In this document: piece by piece, positions 39,806-49,846 of the stretch
Layout of the letters: each line of letters opens with the position of its first letter
Position numbering within the stretch: position 1 is the first letter of the stretch
Assembly (NCBI GenBank): GCA_050248735.1
Contig: JBFWRU010000005.1
Location: 39,607-103,606, forward strand
Reading direction: 5' to 3'
DNA length: 64,000 nt
Source: Nitrospirales bacterium
GTDB taxonomy: Bacteria; Nitrospirota; Nitrospiria; Nitrospirales; UBA8639
Notes under the pieces: model-generated
Seen by the model: the letters and a program-made list of their open reading frames with translations, nothing else
What the model was told of the DNA's origin: nothing
Database searches by the model: none
Made by a program: the position numbers and the translations under genes

Positions 39806-40496
39806 CCCGGACGACATTATTTTCTGGCAATACGGGTTCATCAAGCTGAATGCCACGATTATCGTCACGTGGGGATTGATGCTCGTGTTGGCGGTTGGAT
39901 CAACAGTCATTACACGCCACCTATCCACTGGCCTGAAACGTTCTCGCTGGCAGAATCTTCTGGAAATCGTCGTCACCGGCATTCAGAAACAAATTGAAGA
40001 GGTAGGCCTGCCTCATCCGCGCAGGTATCTCAGTTTTCTGGGAACGATCTTCCTGTTCATCGCGTTAGCCAGCCTCTGTACGATCATTCCCGGTTACGAG
40101 CCTCCGACAGGCTCCCTCTCGACCACGGTGGCCCTTGCACTGTGTGTGTTTATCGCCGTCCCGCTCTTCGGCATCGAGGAACAAGGAGTCGGCGACTATC
40201 TCCAGTCCTACCTGAAACCGACCGTCATCATGCTGCCGTTTAACATTATCAGCGAATTCTCCCGCACGCTGGCCCTGGCGGTCCGCTTGTTCGGTAATAT
40301 GATGAGCGGGGCGATGATCGTCGGCATCCTACTGACTATCACGCCCTTCATTTTCCCGATCGTCATGAGCCTGCTCGGTCTGCTCACCGGGATGGTGCAG
40401 GCCTATATCTTTAGCATCCTGGCCACGGTGTATATTGCGGCTGCCACACGAACACGGCAGTTGAAACCGGAACCCGATTCTGGAGCGCCGGATTGA
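39795..40496 (+). CDS. atpB: N-type F-ATPase subunit a
   Basis: 233 aa with LALAVRLFGNMMSG, which carries the essential stator Arg. Confidence 0.85.
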   Translation: MRLSPDDIIFWQYGFIKLNATIIVTWGLMLVLAVGSTVITRHLSTGLKRSRWQNLLEIVVTGIQKQIEEVGLPHPRRYLSFLGTIFLFIALASLCTIIPGYEPPTGSLSTTVALALCVFIAVPLFGIEEQGVGDYLQSYLKPTVIMLPFNIISEFSRTLALAVRLFGNMMSGAMIVGILLTITPFIFPIVMSLLGLLTGMVQAYIFSILATVYIAAATRTRQLKPEPDSGAPD

Positions 40497-40527
40497 AACC
40501 CCACTCTCAAACAACCAAGGAGATCCT

Positions 40528-40809
40528 ATGGATAGCATGACTCTGATTGCCATGGCATCAATTGTCACGGCTGGCCTCACCACCGGCGTAGGCTGCATTG
40601 GGCCGGCGCTGGGGGAAGGAAGAGCCGTTTCAGCAGCATTAACGTCGTTGGCCCAGCAGCCCGATTCCGCAAACACGATCACCAGGACACTGTTTGTCGG
40701 CCTGGCGATGATCGAATCTACGGCCATTTACTGTTTCGTGGTCTCGATGATTCTGATCTTCGCCAACCCCTTCTGGAATCACGTCCTCGCCCAGGCCGCA
40801 GGAAAGTAA
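40528..40809 (+). CDS. atpE: N-type F-ATPase subunit c
   Basis: 93-aa helical hairpin with GPALGEG (E30) and AMIESTAIY (E63, S64, T65, Y68). Confidence 0.85.
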   Translation: MDSMTLIAMASIVTAGLTTGVGCIGPALGEGRAVSAALTSLAQQPDSANTITRTLFVGLAMIESTAIYCFVVSMILIFANPFWNHVLAQAAGK

Positions 40810-40813
40810 GACA

Positions 40814-41605
40814 ATGTTAATTGACTGGTTCACCGTGGCGGCGCAGGCCCTTAACTTTCTCATCCTGGTCTGGTTATTGAAACGATTTCTGTACAAACCT
40901 ATCCTGAATGCCATTGACGCGAGGGAGAAACGGATCGCCGCCGAACTGGCAGACGCCGATGCGAAAAAAGCCGAAGCCCGACAGGAACGCGATGAGTTCA
41001 AACGCAAGAATGAAGCGTTCGACCAACAACGCACGGCCCTGTTCAGCCGGGCTGAGAACGAGGCTGCAGCCGAACGTCAGCGGCTTCTCGACGAGGCACG
41101 AAAGGAATCCGATAACTTACGCACCAAGTGGCAGAAGGCGTTGACAAACGAGTATCAAACCTTGAGCGATGAGCTCAGTCGCCGTACCCGGGAGGAAGTC
41201 TTTGCCATCGCACGAAAAACCTTGAGGGACCTCGCCACGCCGAGCCTGGAGGGACAGATGACCGACGCCTTCATCCGCCGGTTACGGGAACTCAGCAGGG
41301 AAGAACGAAAAGAGCTCCAGTCGGCATTCCAGGCCGGAGCCACGTCACCGATCATCCGCAGCACTATCGATCTTCCGTCAGCCCAGCGTCGGGAGTTAGA
41401 AGATGTGGTCAAGGATGTCCTGGCCATTGAGGCTCACGTTCAGTTTGAAACCGCCCCGGACTTGGTGAGTGGCATCGAATTCTCGGCCAATGGACATAAG
41501 ATTGCCTGGAGTATTGGACATTATCTCGCGTCACTCAAAAACAGTCTGGACGATTTTCTGAAGGAGCGCCCTAAAGCCAAGGCCGACGCACACCCTGAAG
41601 CATAG
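40814..41605 (+). CDS. atpF: N-type F-ATPase subunit b (long form; no separate delta gene)
   Basis: 263 aa with an N-terminal TM helix ([18 protein letters not shown]), a long charged coiled coil and an extended C-terminal domain. Confidence 0.8.
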   Translation: MLIDWFTVAAQALNFLILVWLLKRFLYKPILNAIDAREKRIAAELADADAKKAEARQERDEFKRKNEAFDQQRTALFSRAENEAAAERQRLLDEARKESDNLRTKWQKALTNEYQTLSDELSRRTREEVFAIARKTLRDLATPSLEGQMTDAFIRRLRELSREERKELQSAFQAGATSPIIRSTIDLPSAQRRELEDVVKDVLAIEAHVQFETAPDLVSGIEFSANGHKIAWSIGHYLASLKNSLDDFLKERPKAKADAHPEA

Positions 41606-41609
41606 ATCA

Positions 41610-43160
41610 ATGAGCCACGAACCTCACAGTCTGCAAAGTCTTTTCAATCACACGTTCGCTGAAATACGCCAGGAATGCGAACGCTTCGACCTCGGCATGA
41701 CTCCCCAGGAGGTCGGGAGGATCACGAACGTCTCCACCGGCATCGCCAGGGTTTCCGGCCTTCCCCGTGTGGGGGCTGACGAGGTGCTGAAATTTCCCCG
41801 CGATGTGTACGGCATCGCCTTCAACATCGATGAAGACGACATCGGCGTCGTCCTCCTTGGCGACTATTGGCATTTGCAGGCAGGAGATGAGGTCGAACGA
41901 AGAGGACACGTCATGGATGTGCCGGTGTGCGACGGATTGATCGGACGGGTCATTAATCCGCTGGGACGACCCCTGGACGGCCACGGACCGGTGATCTCCG
42001 GAAACCGCCTGCCGATCGAACGTCCAGCACCGCCCATCATGAATCGTGCACCCGTCACAATGCCGTTGCAAACCGGCATCAAGGTGATCGATGCCCTCAT
42101 TCCCATCGGACGCGGCCAACGCGAGTTGATTCTCGGTGACCGGCAGACCGGCAAGACCGCCATCGCGCTGGACACCATTCTTAACCAGCGGGACCAGAAT
42201 GTGTTGTGTGTGTATTGCGCCATCGGCCAGCGTGCGTCCGGCGTGGCGAAAGTCGTGGCCACCCTCCGCGAGCAGGGCGCGATGGCCTATACTATTATCG
42301 TGGTCACCGAAGGCAACGACCCGCCGGGACTTGCCTATATTGCCCCATACGCCGCCACCAGCATGGCGGAGCATTTCATGGAACAGGGCCGCGATGTGCT
42401 GATTGTCTATGATGACCTCACGCATCACGCTCGCGCCTATCGTGAACTCTCCCTGCTCCTGCGCCGACCTCCGGGTCGGGAAGCCTTTCCCGGCGACATC
42501 TTTTACATCCACTCGCGTCTGCTGGAACGTGCCACACATTTGCGCCGGGAATCCGGTGGCGGCTCCCTGACGGCACTGCCGATCATCGAGACCGAAGCGC
42601 AAAACATTTCCGCCTATATCCCGACCAACCTGATTTCCATCACGGATGGCCAGATCTACCTCTCGCCCACTCTGTTCGAACTCGGGGTCCTCCCTGCGGT
42701 TGATGTCGGTCGATCCGTTTCCCGGGTCGGAGGCAAGGCTCAACGAGCGGCCTACCGTGGTGTGACGGGAAATCTCAAGCTGGCCTATGCCCAGTTTGAA
42801 GAACTGGAAACCTTCGCCCGGTTCGGTGCCCGGTTGGACGACGACACCCGACAAATCATTGAGCACGGACGACGAATCCGCGCCTGTCTCAAGCAGCCGG
42901 AATCCGCCCCGGTATCCCTGCCGACGCAAATTCTCCTGCTTCTGGCCTTGACCGAAAAACTGTTTGATCCCGTGTCGATTGACCGGATTACGGAGGCGGA
43001 ACGTGCGTTAGACAAGGCAGCCCGTGACCTGCCGGCGGAGATGTGTACAAGGTTGGAAGCCCCGTCCAAACTGAATGATGAGGATCGTCAAACGCTGATC
43101 CGCCTCGCCCGCCAAGCCCTTGCCCCACTTCAGCTTTCACCGGGACTCGAGGAGGCATGA
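41610..43160 (+). CDS. atpA: N-type F-ATPase alpha subunit
   Basis: 516 aa with Walker [11 protein letters not shown] and [21 protein letters not shown]. Confidence 0.9.
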   Translation: MSHEPHSLQSLFNHTFAEIRQECERFDLGMTPQEVGRITNVSTGIARVSGLPRVGADEVLKFPRDVYGIAFNIDEDDIGVVLLGDYWHLQAGDEVERRGHVMDVPVCDGLIGRVINPLGRPLDGHGPVISGNRLPIERPAPPIMNRAPVTMPLQTGIKVIDALIPIGRGQRELILGDRQTGKTAIALDTILNQRDQNVLCVYCAIGQRASGVAKVVATLREQGAMAYTIIVVTEGNDPPGLAYIAPYAATSMAEHFMEQGRDVLIVYDDLTHHARAYRELSLLLRRPPGREAFPGDIFYIHSRLLERATHLRRESGGGSLTALPIIETEAQNISAYIPTNLISITDGQIYLSPTLFELGVLPAVDVGRSVSRVGGKAQRAAYRGVTGNLKLAYAQFEELETFARFGARLDDDTRQIIEHGRRIRACLKQPESAPVSLPTQILLLLALTEKLFDPVSIDRITEAERALDKAARDLPAEMCTRLEAPSKLNDEDRQTLIRLARQALAPLQLSPGLEEA

Positions 43161-44047
43161 TGGGCGACACCCTGGTCAATTTGCGTCGGCAAATCGAAGG
43201 AGCCATGGATCTCCAATCCGTTGTTCGCACGATGAAGGCCTTGGCCGCTTCAAGCATCGGCCAATATGAACAATCTGTGAGCGCATTAGCCAATTACACC
43301 CGCACCGTGGAATTGGGGTTACGCGTCTGCTTCCGGGAAGATCCGGCTTTGGCTCTGATAGGAGAACAGAAAAGACCCAGTCAGACGGGAGGGATTGGAG
43401 CGGTGGTATTCGGTTCGGATCAGGGGTTGGTCGGTCAATTCAATGAAGTGATAGCCGATTATACGGTCACCACGCTTGCCGCTCTTCCCGGGCCATATCG
43501 AGTATGGGCGGTCGGCGAGCGGGTGCAGGCGCGCCTGGCAGACGCGGGTCTGCCCTTGAGTGGCTTTTTTCCCGTGCCGAATTCCGTCAGGGCCATTACT
43601 CCGCTTGTCGGGCAGATCCTCGTGGAAAGTGAAACACGGCGGAATCGTGGGGAGATCGCCGAACTCTACCTGTTCTATCATCGGCCCACATCGCGAGCAG
43701 GCTATGCGCCGGTCAATCAACGCCTGTTACCGCTGGACCGAAGCTGGCAACGCGAGTGGTCCGCACTCCCCTGGCCGACGGGGAATTTACCTGAGGTGTT
43801 CGGCAGCAGAACGACAATGTTGCGAGGGCTCATTCGCGAATATCTCTTCATTTCACTCTTCCGGGCATGTGCCGAATCCCTGGCCAGCGAAAACGCCAGC
43901 CGCCTGGCCGCGATGCAACGTGCCGACAAAAACATCGATGAACTGCTGGAAGATCTCAAGAGGCACTTCCACCAGTTGCGACAACGGGGGATCGACGAAG
44001 AGCTGTTTGACCTGATCTCCGGGTTTGAGGCCCTGACCAAAAAATGA
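43157..44047 (+). CDS. atpG: N-type F-ATPase gamma subunit
   Basis: 296 aa with the C-terminal helix [25 protein letters not shown], typical of gamma. ATGA overlap with atpA. Confidence 0.85.
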   Translation: MMGDTLVNLRRQIEGAMDLQSVVRTMKALAASSIGQYEQSVSALANYTRTVELGLRVCFREDPALALIGEQKRPSQTGGIGAVVFGSDQGLVGQFNEVIADYTVTTLAALPGPYRVWAVGERVQARLADAGLPLSGFFPVPNSVRAITPLVGQILVESETRRNRGEIAELYLFYHRPTSRAGYAPVNQRLLPLDRSWQREWSALPWPTGNLPEVFGSRTTMLRGLIREYLFISLFRACAESLASENASRLAAMQRADKNIDELLEDLKRHFHQLRQRGIDEELFDLISGFEALTKK

Positions 44048-44198
44048 CACCCCTCAATCCTGGGTGGCTTGGGACAGGACAGGGAATCGTAAAAGACGCA
44101 GGATAGGACACATGCATGCCGAAGATTGACTGGTAGTGAAAGGCTTCACCAATCTAGGCGGATTGCAAAAAACATGTGCCAACGGCAAAGGAGCGGAC

Positions 44199-44912
44199 AT
44201 GAGGCCAACATCAACGATGCGCGCCAGGCATAGTGAACGACATCGCACCGAACGTATCGGATGGCTTCGGGCCGCAGTCCTGGGCGCCAATGACGGAATC
44301 ATTTCGACCGCGAGCCTGCTGCTCGGGGTCTTCTCCGCGCATGCCGGCCACGGCCAGGTCTTAATGGCAGGAGTGGCCGGACTGGTTGCCGGAGCGATGT
44401 CCATGGCGGCAGGTGAATATGTGTCTGTCCAATCACAGGCCGATACCGAGGAGGCCGACCTGGCGCTTGAGCGCACGGAACTCCTTTCGGACCCCTCGGG
44501 TGAGCACAAGGAACTTGCAGCACTATATGTGGAACGAGGACTGGATCCATCATTGGCCAGCCAAGTCGCCGATCAACTCATGGCTCATGACTCTGTAGGC
44601 GCGCATGCCCGCGACGAACTCGGCATTACCGAAAATCTCCGTGCACGTCCGGTTCAAGCCGCACTGACGTCCGCGTGCAGTTTCGCTGTCGGAGCCGCCA
44701 TACCGCTGGTGACGGCGACCATCGTCCCGGAGGCCAATCTGATTCCTGTGGTTTCCGGAATCTCACTGATGTCTCTCTCAATGTTGGGGGGATTGGCGGC
44801 ACACACGGGAGGTGCGTCCATCATGACAGGTGCCATACGAGTCACAGTATGGGGTGCCTTGGCCATGGGACTGACGGCAGGAGTCGGTGCGCTCTTTGGA
44901 ATGGCGGCCTGA
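44199..44912 (+). CDS. VIT1/CCC1-family iron/manganese transporter
   Basis: RBS AAGGAG upstream of the ATG at 44199. Motifs WLRAAVLGANDGIISTASLLLGV and MAAGEYVSVQSQ, with five TM helices. Confidence 0.8.
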   Translation: MRPTSTMRARHSERHRTERIGWLRAAVLGANDGIISTASLLLGVFSAHAGHGQVLMAGVAGLVAGAMSMAAGEYVSVQSQADTEEADLALERTELLSDPSGEHKELAALYVERGLDPSLASQVADQLMAHDSVGAHARDELGITENLRARPVQAALTSACSFAVGAAIPLVTATIVPEANLIPVVSGISLMSLSMLGGLAAHTGGASIMTGAIRVTVWGALAMGLTAGVGALFGMAA

Positions 44913-45086
44913 ATGGGATCAATCAAACATGAAACAGCAAAACCCCACTGTTCCGGTAACAGGTCACGTCTCCTGGAAACCAGGGATGCGCTACCGGGTC
45001 TTCCATGAAAGTGAAGACTCCTTAGAAAAACATTGATCGTTTGACTCATACGATTACGGTCGTTTCCGTTCTGAATCCCTTTATTC

Positions 45087-45980
45087 ATGATGCGCTTACA
45101 AGAAATTCGACGGGTATTGTGGTGGGTCTTATTCCTGAATGTTTTCGTGGCAGCAGCAAAATGGGGATATGGCGTACTCACCCATTCTCTGGCCATGCAA
45201 GCGGACGGCCTTCATTCCTTTTTTGATGGGCTATCCAATGTGGTGGGATTGATCGGGCTTTGGCTGGCCGCCCCTCCCCCGGATACCCAGCATCCCTATG
45301 GTCACAAGAAATTTGAAACGTTGGCGGCCGGCTCCATCGGCGGTTTTCTGATTCTGACCTCTTTCTATCTGTTATGGAAGGCCTATCGCTCATGGAGCAT
45401 GGACCTGCACCCTCAGGTGACCACCATCAGCTTTGTGGTCATGATTCTCACAATGGTCGTCAATATATTTGTGACGCGATGGGAACGCCGCAAAGGCCGG
45501 GAACTCAAAAGCGACATTTTGACAGCGGACTCTTACCATACTGCCAGTGATGTCCTGACCTCCATGTCGGTCCTGGCAGGCTTAATCGCGGTTCGGGCAG
45601 GTTATCCCGCCGTGGATTCTCTGATCGCCGTTCTGATTGCGGGGGTGATCGCCTGGACGGCCTATATGGTCTTCAAGGATGTCTTGGCGTCTTTAACCGA
45701 CGCGATCCGCCTGGATCCCCAGGACATTCACCTATTCGTGATGACCATACCGGGCATCTTGGATTGCCACGCAATCAGGACTCGCGGTCTGGCTCATCAT
45801 GTCTTTGTCGACCTGTCGATCCATGTCGATCCGGCATGGTCGGTTGAACAAGCCCACAGCCTGGCCAGTACGGTTGAAGAAGGGTTGATCGCCCATTTCG
45901 AGGCTGTGGAGGACGTGGTCGTCCACATTGAACCGGAAGGTCACTCGGATCCGTCGTCCAACGGCACGGAGATGGCCTGA
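45087..45980 (+). CDS. Cation diffusion facilitator (CDF) divalent-metal efflux transporter
   Basis: 297 aa with LAMQADGLHSFFDGLSN and HTASDVLTSMSVL (TM2/TM5 metal site), plus a C-terminal cytoplasmic domain. Confidence 0.85.
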   Translation: MMRLQEIRRVLWWVLFLNVFVAAAKWGYGVLTHSLAMQADGLHSFFDGLSNVVGLIGLWLAAPPPDTQHPYGHKKFETLAAGSIGGFLILTSFYLLWKAYRSWSMDLHPQVTTISFVVMILTMVVNIFVTRWERRKGRELKSDILTADSYHTASDVLTSMSVLAGLIAVRAGYPAVDSLIAVLIAGVIAWTAYMVFKDVLASLTDAIRLDPQDIHLFVMTIPGILDCHAIRTRGLAHHVFVDLSIHVDPAWSVEQAHSLASTVEEGLIAHFEAVEDVVVHIEPEGHSDPSSNGTEMA

Positions 45981-47914
45981 GGGTTGTATGTTGGAAGTGT
46001 GACAATAAATGTGGCCCCTTGCCCGGGCACACTGCTGATGCGAATGGCCCCCTCATGTTCTTGAATAATGCCATGGACCACAGTTAATCCCAGGCCTGTC
46101 CCCTCCCCAACCGGCTTCGTGGTAAAAAACGGATCAAAGACTTTCTTGGCACCCTCTTCGGACATGCCGCACCCTGTATCTTGCACGCTCAGCTCTACCA
46201 TCCTCCCGATAGGTCGAAGGTGCAGGGTCAAGGTACCTCCGTCAGGCATCGCCTGGCAGGCATTCAACACCAGATTCAAGAGAACCTGATTCATCTGATC
46301 TGGATCGGCACAGGCTCGCGGCAAGGAAGGAGCCTCCATCCGCTGAACCTGGATGCGCTGTTTTTCCAGCTTTTCTTGCAACACATCCAACACATCCGTC
46401 ACCACGGTCCGGAGATCCACCGCCCGTCGCTCTGAAGGCCGCCGTCGGGCAAAACTGAGTAACTGATTCATAATTTTTGTGATCCGCTCAACTTGGGTCA
46501 CAATGGTCGCCAACCCCGTTCGCGTATGTTCATCATTCGCTTTTCGCATGAGAAGTTCCGCTCGACCCAGGATGACATTCATCGGCGTCCCGATTTCATG
46601 AGCCATACCGGAGGCCAGCGTGCCCAATTCCGCCAACCGTTCCGTTTTCCGCAATTGAGCCTCCAGCATGCGCTCTTGCGTAATATCGATGATATACCCT
46701 TCGAGAGCCAGGACCGTCCCGGTTTCAGAGTAAATTCCACAGCCTTGCTCCCAGACCCATTTGATCGTCCCATCCGCCGTCCTAATCCGATAGGCAATTT
46801 GAAAAGGTCGTTTACTCTTTAACGCATCCTGCACTTCTTTATAAATCCTGCCGTAATCTTCCGGCGTAATCACATCCCTGCCGTACGAGAGAGGGTTGGC
46901 CCCCAGAAAGGCTTCAGAGGAATATCCTGTCAGGCTCTGACAACCGGCACCAATAAATTCCATAGTCCAATCCTCATCATTCCGGCACCGGTAGACCATT
47001 CCGGGCAGATTAGTGAGCAATGTGGACAAGGTGCGTTGAGTTTCCTGTAATTGCTGTTGCGTCTTGACTCGTTCGGTCAGATCCAGAATGATTTCGACAA
47101 AAAACTCTTTCCCCTCCTGGGACAAAGACTGTACATGTACTTCGACGGGGTAGGTCGTCCCATTTTTTCTCCTATGTGTCGCTTGGAAATCAACCTTTTT
47201 GCGGGCACCTTGTCTCAGAGGTTTGAGCATTTCCTCAAACGAATCCAATGTAAATTCTGACTTCAAGTCCAGCGGGGTCATTCTGGATAGTTCCTCCATG
47301 GAAAACCCCGTGTTATCGCGGGCGGCCTGGTTTGCCAGGGTGAAGACCAACGATTGGCTGTCCAACATATAGACTTCATTGATTGAATCATCCAGAATGC
47401 GTCCAAGCCGGGAAATATGATCTTCTTGAACTTTCCGTTGCGTGATATCGCGAAGAATGACCGTAAACCATTTTTTTCCCGAACGCTCCAACTGCGAAAT
47501 GGAGGCTTCCAGGGGAAATTCCTCCCCATCCAGACGAATCCCCTTAACTTCACGATAGGGATTCATTCGCCGGTTGCTCTCCCCGCCGACCGCAAATTGA
47601 TGAATGTGCGAATGGTGGACCTCCCGCAATGAGGGAGGAAGGAATTGATCCAGGGGTTTTCCCACCGCATCGTCAGCCGAACAGCGAAAGATTTGCTCGG
47701 CTGCCGCATTAAACAAGACCACCCGATGGTCCTCGTCTATCGTAATAATGCCATCCATCGCGGAATGGATGATGCCGGCTAATTGCAGCTCTAAAGCTTC
47801 CAGCCCTTCCCGGGTGTCCTGATGCATGGCCTGAATCGCATGTAGATTGGCCAGCTCCTGGCGAAGCGTATGAAGTTCATGTTCATGGTTTGGAGAACGT
47901 GGCGAGTCACTCAT
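45941..47914 (-). CDS. Multi-PAS sensor histidine kinase (NtrB-like, soluble)
   Basis: 657 aa with three PAS/PAC units, H-box ASGMAHEIGTPMN, N-box LLNLVLNACQAM and G-boxes DTGCGM / GEGTGLGL. Confidence 0.85.
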   Translation of the reverse strand: MSDSPRSPNHEHELHTLRQELANLHAIQAMHQDTREGLEALELQLAGIIHSAMDGIITIDEDHRVVLFNAAAEQIFRCSADDAVGKPLDQFLPPSLREVHHSHIHQFAVGGESNRRMNPYREVKGIRLDGEEFPLEASISQLERSGKKWFTVILRDITQRKVQEDHISRLGRILDDSINEVYMLDSQSLVFTLANQAARDNTGFSMEELSRMTPLDLKSEFTLDSFEEMLKPLRQGARKKVDFQATHRRKNGTTYPVEVHVQSLSQEGKEFFVEIILDLTERVKTQQQLQETQRTLSTLLTNLPGMVYRCRNDEDWTMEFIGAGCQSLTGYSSEAFLGANPLSYGRDVITPEDYGRIYKEVQDALKSKRPFQIAYRIRTADGTIKWVWEQGCGIYSETGTVLALEGYIIDITQERMLEAQLRKTERLAELGTLASGMAHEIGTPMNVILGRAELLMRKANDEHTRTGLATIVTQVERITKIMNQLLSFARRRPSERRAVDLRTVVTDVLDVLQEKLEKQRIQVQRMEAPSLPRACADPDQMNQVLLNLVLNACQAMPDGGTLTLHLRPIGRMVELSVQDTGCGMSEEGAKKVFDPFFTTKPVGEGTGLGLTVVHGIIQEHEGAIRISSVPGQGATFIVTLPTYNPQAISVPLDDGSE

Positions 47915-48048
47915 GGGTCAACTGGACTGTCGAGAACGACTAAGCCGATGCGGGGCGACATTACTCACAAAGCCACACACAGGTTGAAAGAAAGGATCCT
48001 ATCGCAACGGCCAGAATAGTGAAAGTCCCTGAACCAGGGGGGAGGTCT

Positions 48049-48064
48049 TGCAAGAAGGCACCCA
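48049..48064 (-). promoter_or_regulatory. Weak sigma-54-like element upstream of the PAS kinase
   Basis: The minus strand reads TGGGTGCCTTCTTGCA, with a perfect -12 TTGCA and correct GG-N10-GC spacing but a poor -24 (GGGTG). It lies 134 nt upstream of the ATG at 47914. Confidence 0.2.
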
Positions 48065-48116
48065 TGGGTTCCAGCGGGGCGGAGAGGCTGAATAAAGACT
48101 TATTCTTTTCTAAGTG

Positions 48117-49487
48117 TCACGAATCTTTATGTTCCATTTCGGCCAATTTCCGATAGAGGGTTTTTCGGTCAATGCCCAACACCTGAGCCGTTTGATATTT
48201 GTTGCCTCCCATTTTTTCCAGCACCCGTCTGATATACGCATGCTCCAGTTCGGCGAGGGGTAACATCTGCTCGGCGGCATCTTCAATGATCTGTCCTTCG
48301 CCCGTTATCTCCCGAATTCCCGAAGGCAGGTCGTCCAACACCACTTTCTGCCCCTGCGTCAGGGTCGCGGCCCGCTCAAGGACGTTTTCCAATTCCCGGA
48401 CATTGCCGGGCCAGTCATAATCCATTAACCGGGCCATGGCGGAATCAGCCACCCCCACCACCTGTTTTTCTTGAGCGGAAGGACTTTTCTGGAGGAGCCC
48501 GTGAGCTAACAGGGGAATATCCCCCCGTCGTTCCCGCAACGGCGGCAATCGAAGCTCAATCACGTTGAGTCGGTAATACAAATCCTCGCGAAACCGTTTG
48601 GCTTTCACCTCTTCCGCCAGTTTCACATTGGTCGCCGCAATGATTCGGACATTGATCGAAAGGGATTTGGTGGCCCCAACTCTCCGGATTTCCCGCTCCT
48701 GAACCGCTCGCAGCAATTTGGCTTGCAACATCATAGGCATTTCACTGATTTCATCAAGAAATAGAGTGCCGCCCTGGGCTTCTTCAAACAACCCGCGCTT
48801 ATCGGATTTCGCATCGGTAAAAGCCCCTCGCACATGACCGAACAATTCACTTTCCAACAAAGTTTCAGGAATCGCGGCACAATTCACCGGCACAAAAGGC
48901 GCTCCCCGCCGTTGACTATTGAAATGAATGGCCTTTGCCACTAATTCCTTTCCGGTCCCGCTTTCTCCCGTGATCAGAATATTGGTTTGAGAATCCGCAA
49001 CCCGGCGGATCAGATCAAAAATTTCTTTCATGGGCTTACTTTTTCCGAGAATCTGGTCAAAGGCATATTCCCGGCTGACCTGCTGGCGAAGTCGACGAAC
49101 CTCTTGCCGCAACAACGCCTCGTTCAGGGCCTTCCTGACAGTCACCAGCAATTCTTCGGTTTTAATGGGCTTGGTCAGATAATCAAAGGCCCCCTGCTTC
49201 ATGGCTTCCACTGCGGATTCAACCGTCCCAAAGGCAGTCATCATGACCAGATTGGTTTCAGGATGGATGCGTTGGATCTGCTCAAGCAAATCCAATCCCC
49301 CCATGCCTTTCATCCGCAAATCGGTTAACACCACAAGAAAATGCTCGTGTTCCATATGGTCAATCGCTTCTTGACCATCGGAGGCCACCTGGACGTAATA
49401 CTGTTCCTCCTCCAATAGTTCCTTGAGGAGATGTCGCATTTCTGGCTCATCATCCACGACCAAAATGTTGGGAGCCGATTGAGTCAT
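48117..49487 (-). CDS. Sigma-54-dependent response regulator (NtrC family: receiver, AAA+, Fis-type HTH)
   Basis: ILVVDDEPE...VVLTDLRMKGMGG, Walker A GESGTGKE, the sigma-54 contact loop GAFTDA, and the C-terminal HTH QTAQVLGIDRKTLYRKL. The ATG at 49487 is preceded by GAGGAA. The ORF track starts at 49526. Confidence 0.9.
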   Translation of the reverse strand: MTQSAPNILVVDDEPEMRHLLKELLEEEQYYVQVASDGQEAIDHMEHEHFLVVLTDLRMKGMGGLDLLEQIQRIHPETNLVMMTAFGTVESAVEAMKQGAFDYLTKPIKTEELLVTVRKALNEALLRQEVRRLRQQVSREYAFDQILGKSKPMKEIFDLIRRVADSQTNILITGESGTGKELVAKAIHFNSQRRGAPFVPVNCAAIPETLLESELFGHVRGAFTDAKSDKRGLFEEAQGGTLFLDEISEMPMMLQAKLLRAVQEREIRRVGATKSLSINVRIIAATNVKLAEEVKAKRFREDLYYRLNVIELRLPPLRERRGDIPLLAHGLLQKSPSAQEKQVVGVADSAMARLMDYDWPGNVRELENVLERAATLTQGQKVVLDDLPSGIREITGEGQIIEDAAEQMLPLAELEHAYIRRVLEKMGGNKYQTAQVLGIDRKTLYRKLAEMEHKDS

Positions 49488-49610
49488 GTTAGGTTCCTCG
49501 GAAGATGAATGATCGTTTTTGTGCATAATTTAAATCGGTCCGGTTTTTGGATGGTTTCTAAACAGGGGCCAAACAATCCCTTCACACAAACACTTCATCC
49601 GAACCACTCC

Positions 49611-49675
49611 ATTGGTGCAATTTGCCCCTAAAGGGAATCATATCCTGTTGCATAGTGCAACACCAATGCTTTGCA
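49611..49675. promoter_or_regulatory. Cluster of TGCAA/TTGCA half-sites (candidate activator-binding/UAS region)
   Basis: The cluster contains ATTGGTGCAA (49611-20), the palindrome TTGCAtagTGCAA (49648-60), TGCAA-N10-TTGCA (49656-75), and CACCAAT (49661-67), which is the reverse complement of ATTGGTG (49611-17). It lies about 100-165 nt upstream of the sigma-54 promoter at 49777. Confidence 0.3.
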
Positions 49676-49776
49676 TGTCCTCTTTTTTCAAGAAGTTTCT
49701 CCTTGGTCTCCAAAAGTGTGCTCAGAAATTCCCCGGTAGATCCCCTGGGGGATTGCAGGAAAACACCGTGGCGACA

Positions 49777-49792
49777 TGGCATTCGTCTTGCT
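49777..49792 (+). promoter_or_regulatory. Sigma-54 (-24/-12) promoter
   Basis: TGGCATTCGTCTTGCT lies 54 nt upstream of the ATG at 49847, divergent from the sigma-54 activator gene. Confidence 0.8.
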
Positions 49793-49846
49793 CTCGTCCC
49801 TTCCGATATGCCATACCAAGCTATTCAACTTTTCTGAAACTTGAAG

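Noticed and set aside
41607-42929. 440-aa ORF on the minus strand
   Set aside because: It is entirely antisense to atpA, which has Walker motifs and operon context. Its Gly/Arg/Asp-rich composition is typical of a shadow ORF in GC-rich coding DNA.
44048-44198. Possible Mn2+ (yybP-ykoY) riboswitch upstream of the VIT1 transporter
   Set aside because: I could not find the conserved GGGGAGUAG / GAGACA-type loop elements. It would need an Rfam covariance-model scan to settle.
44654-45196. 180-aa minus-strand ORF across the VIT1/CDF junction
   Set aside because: It is antisense to two well-supported transporter genes.
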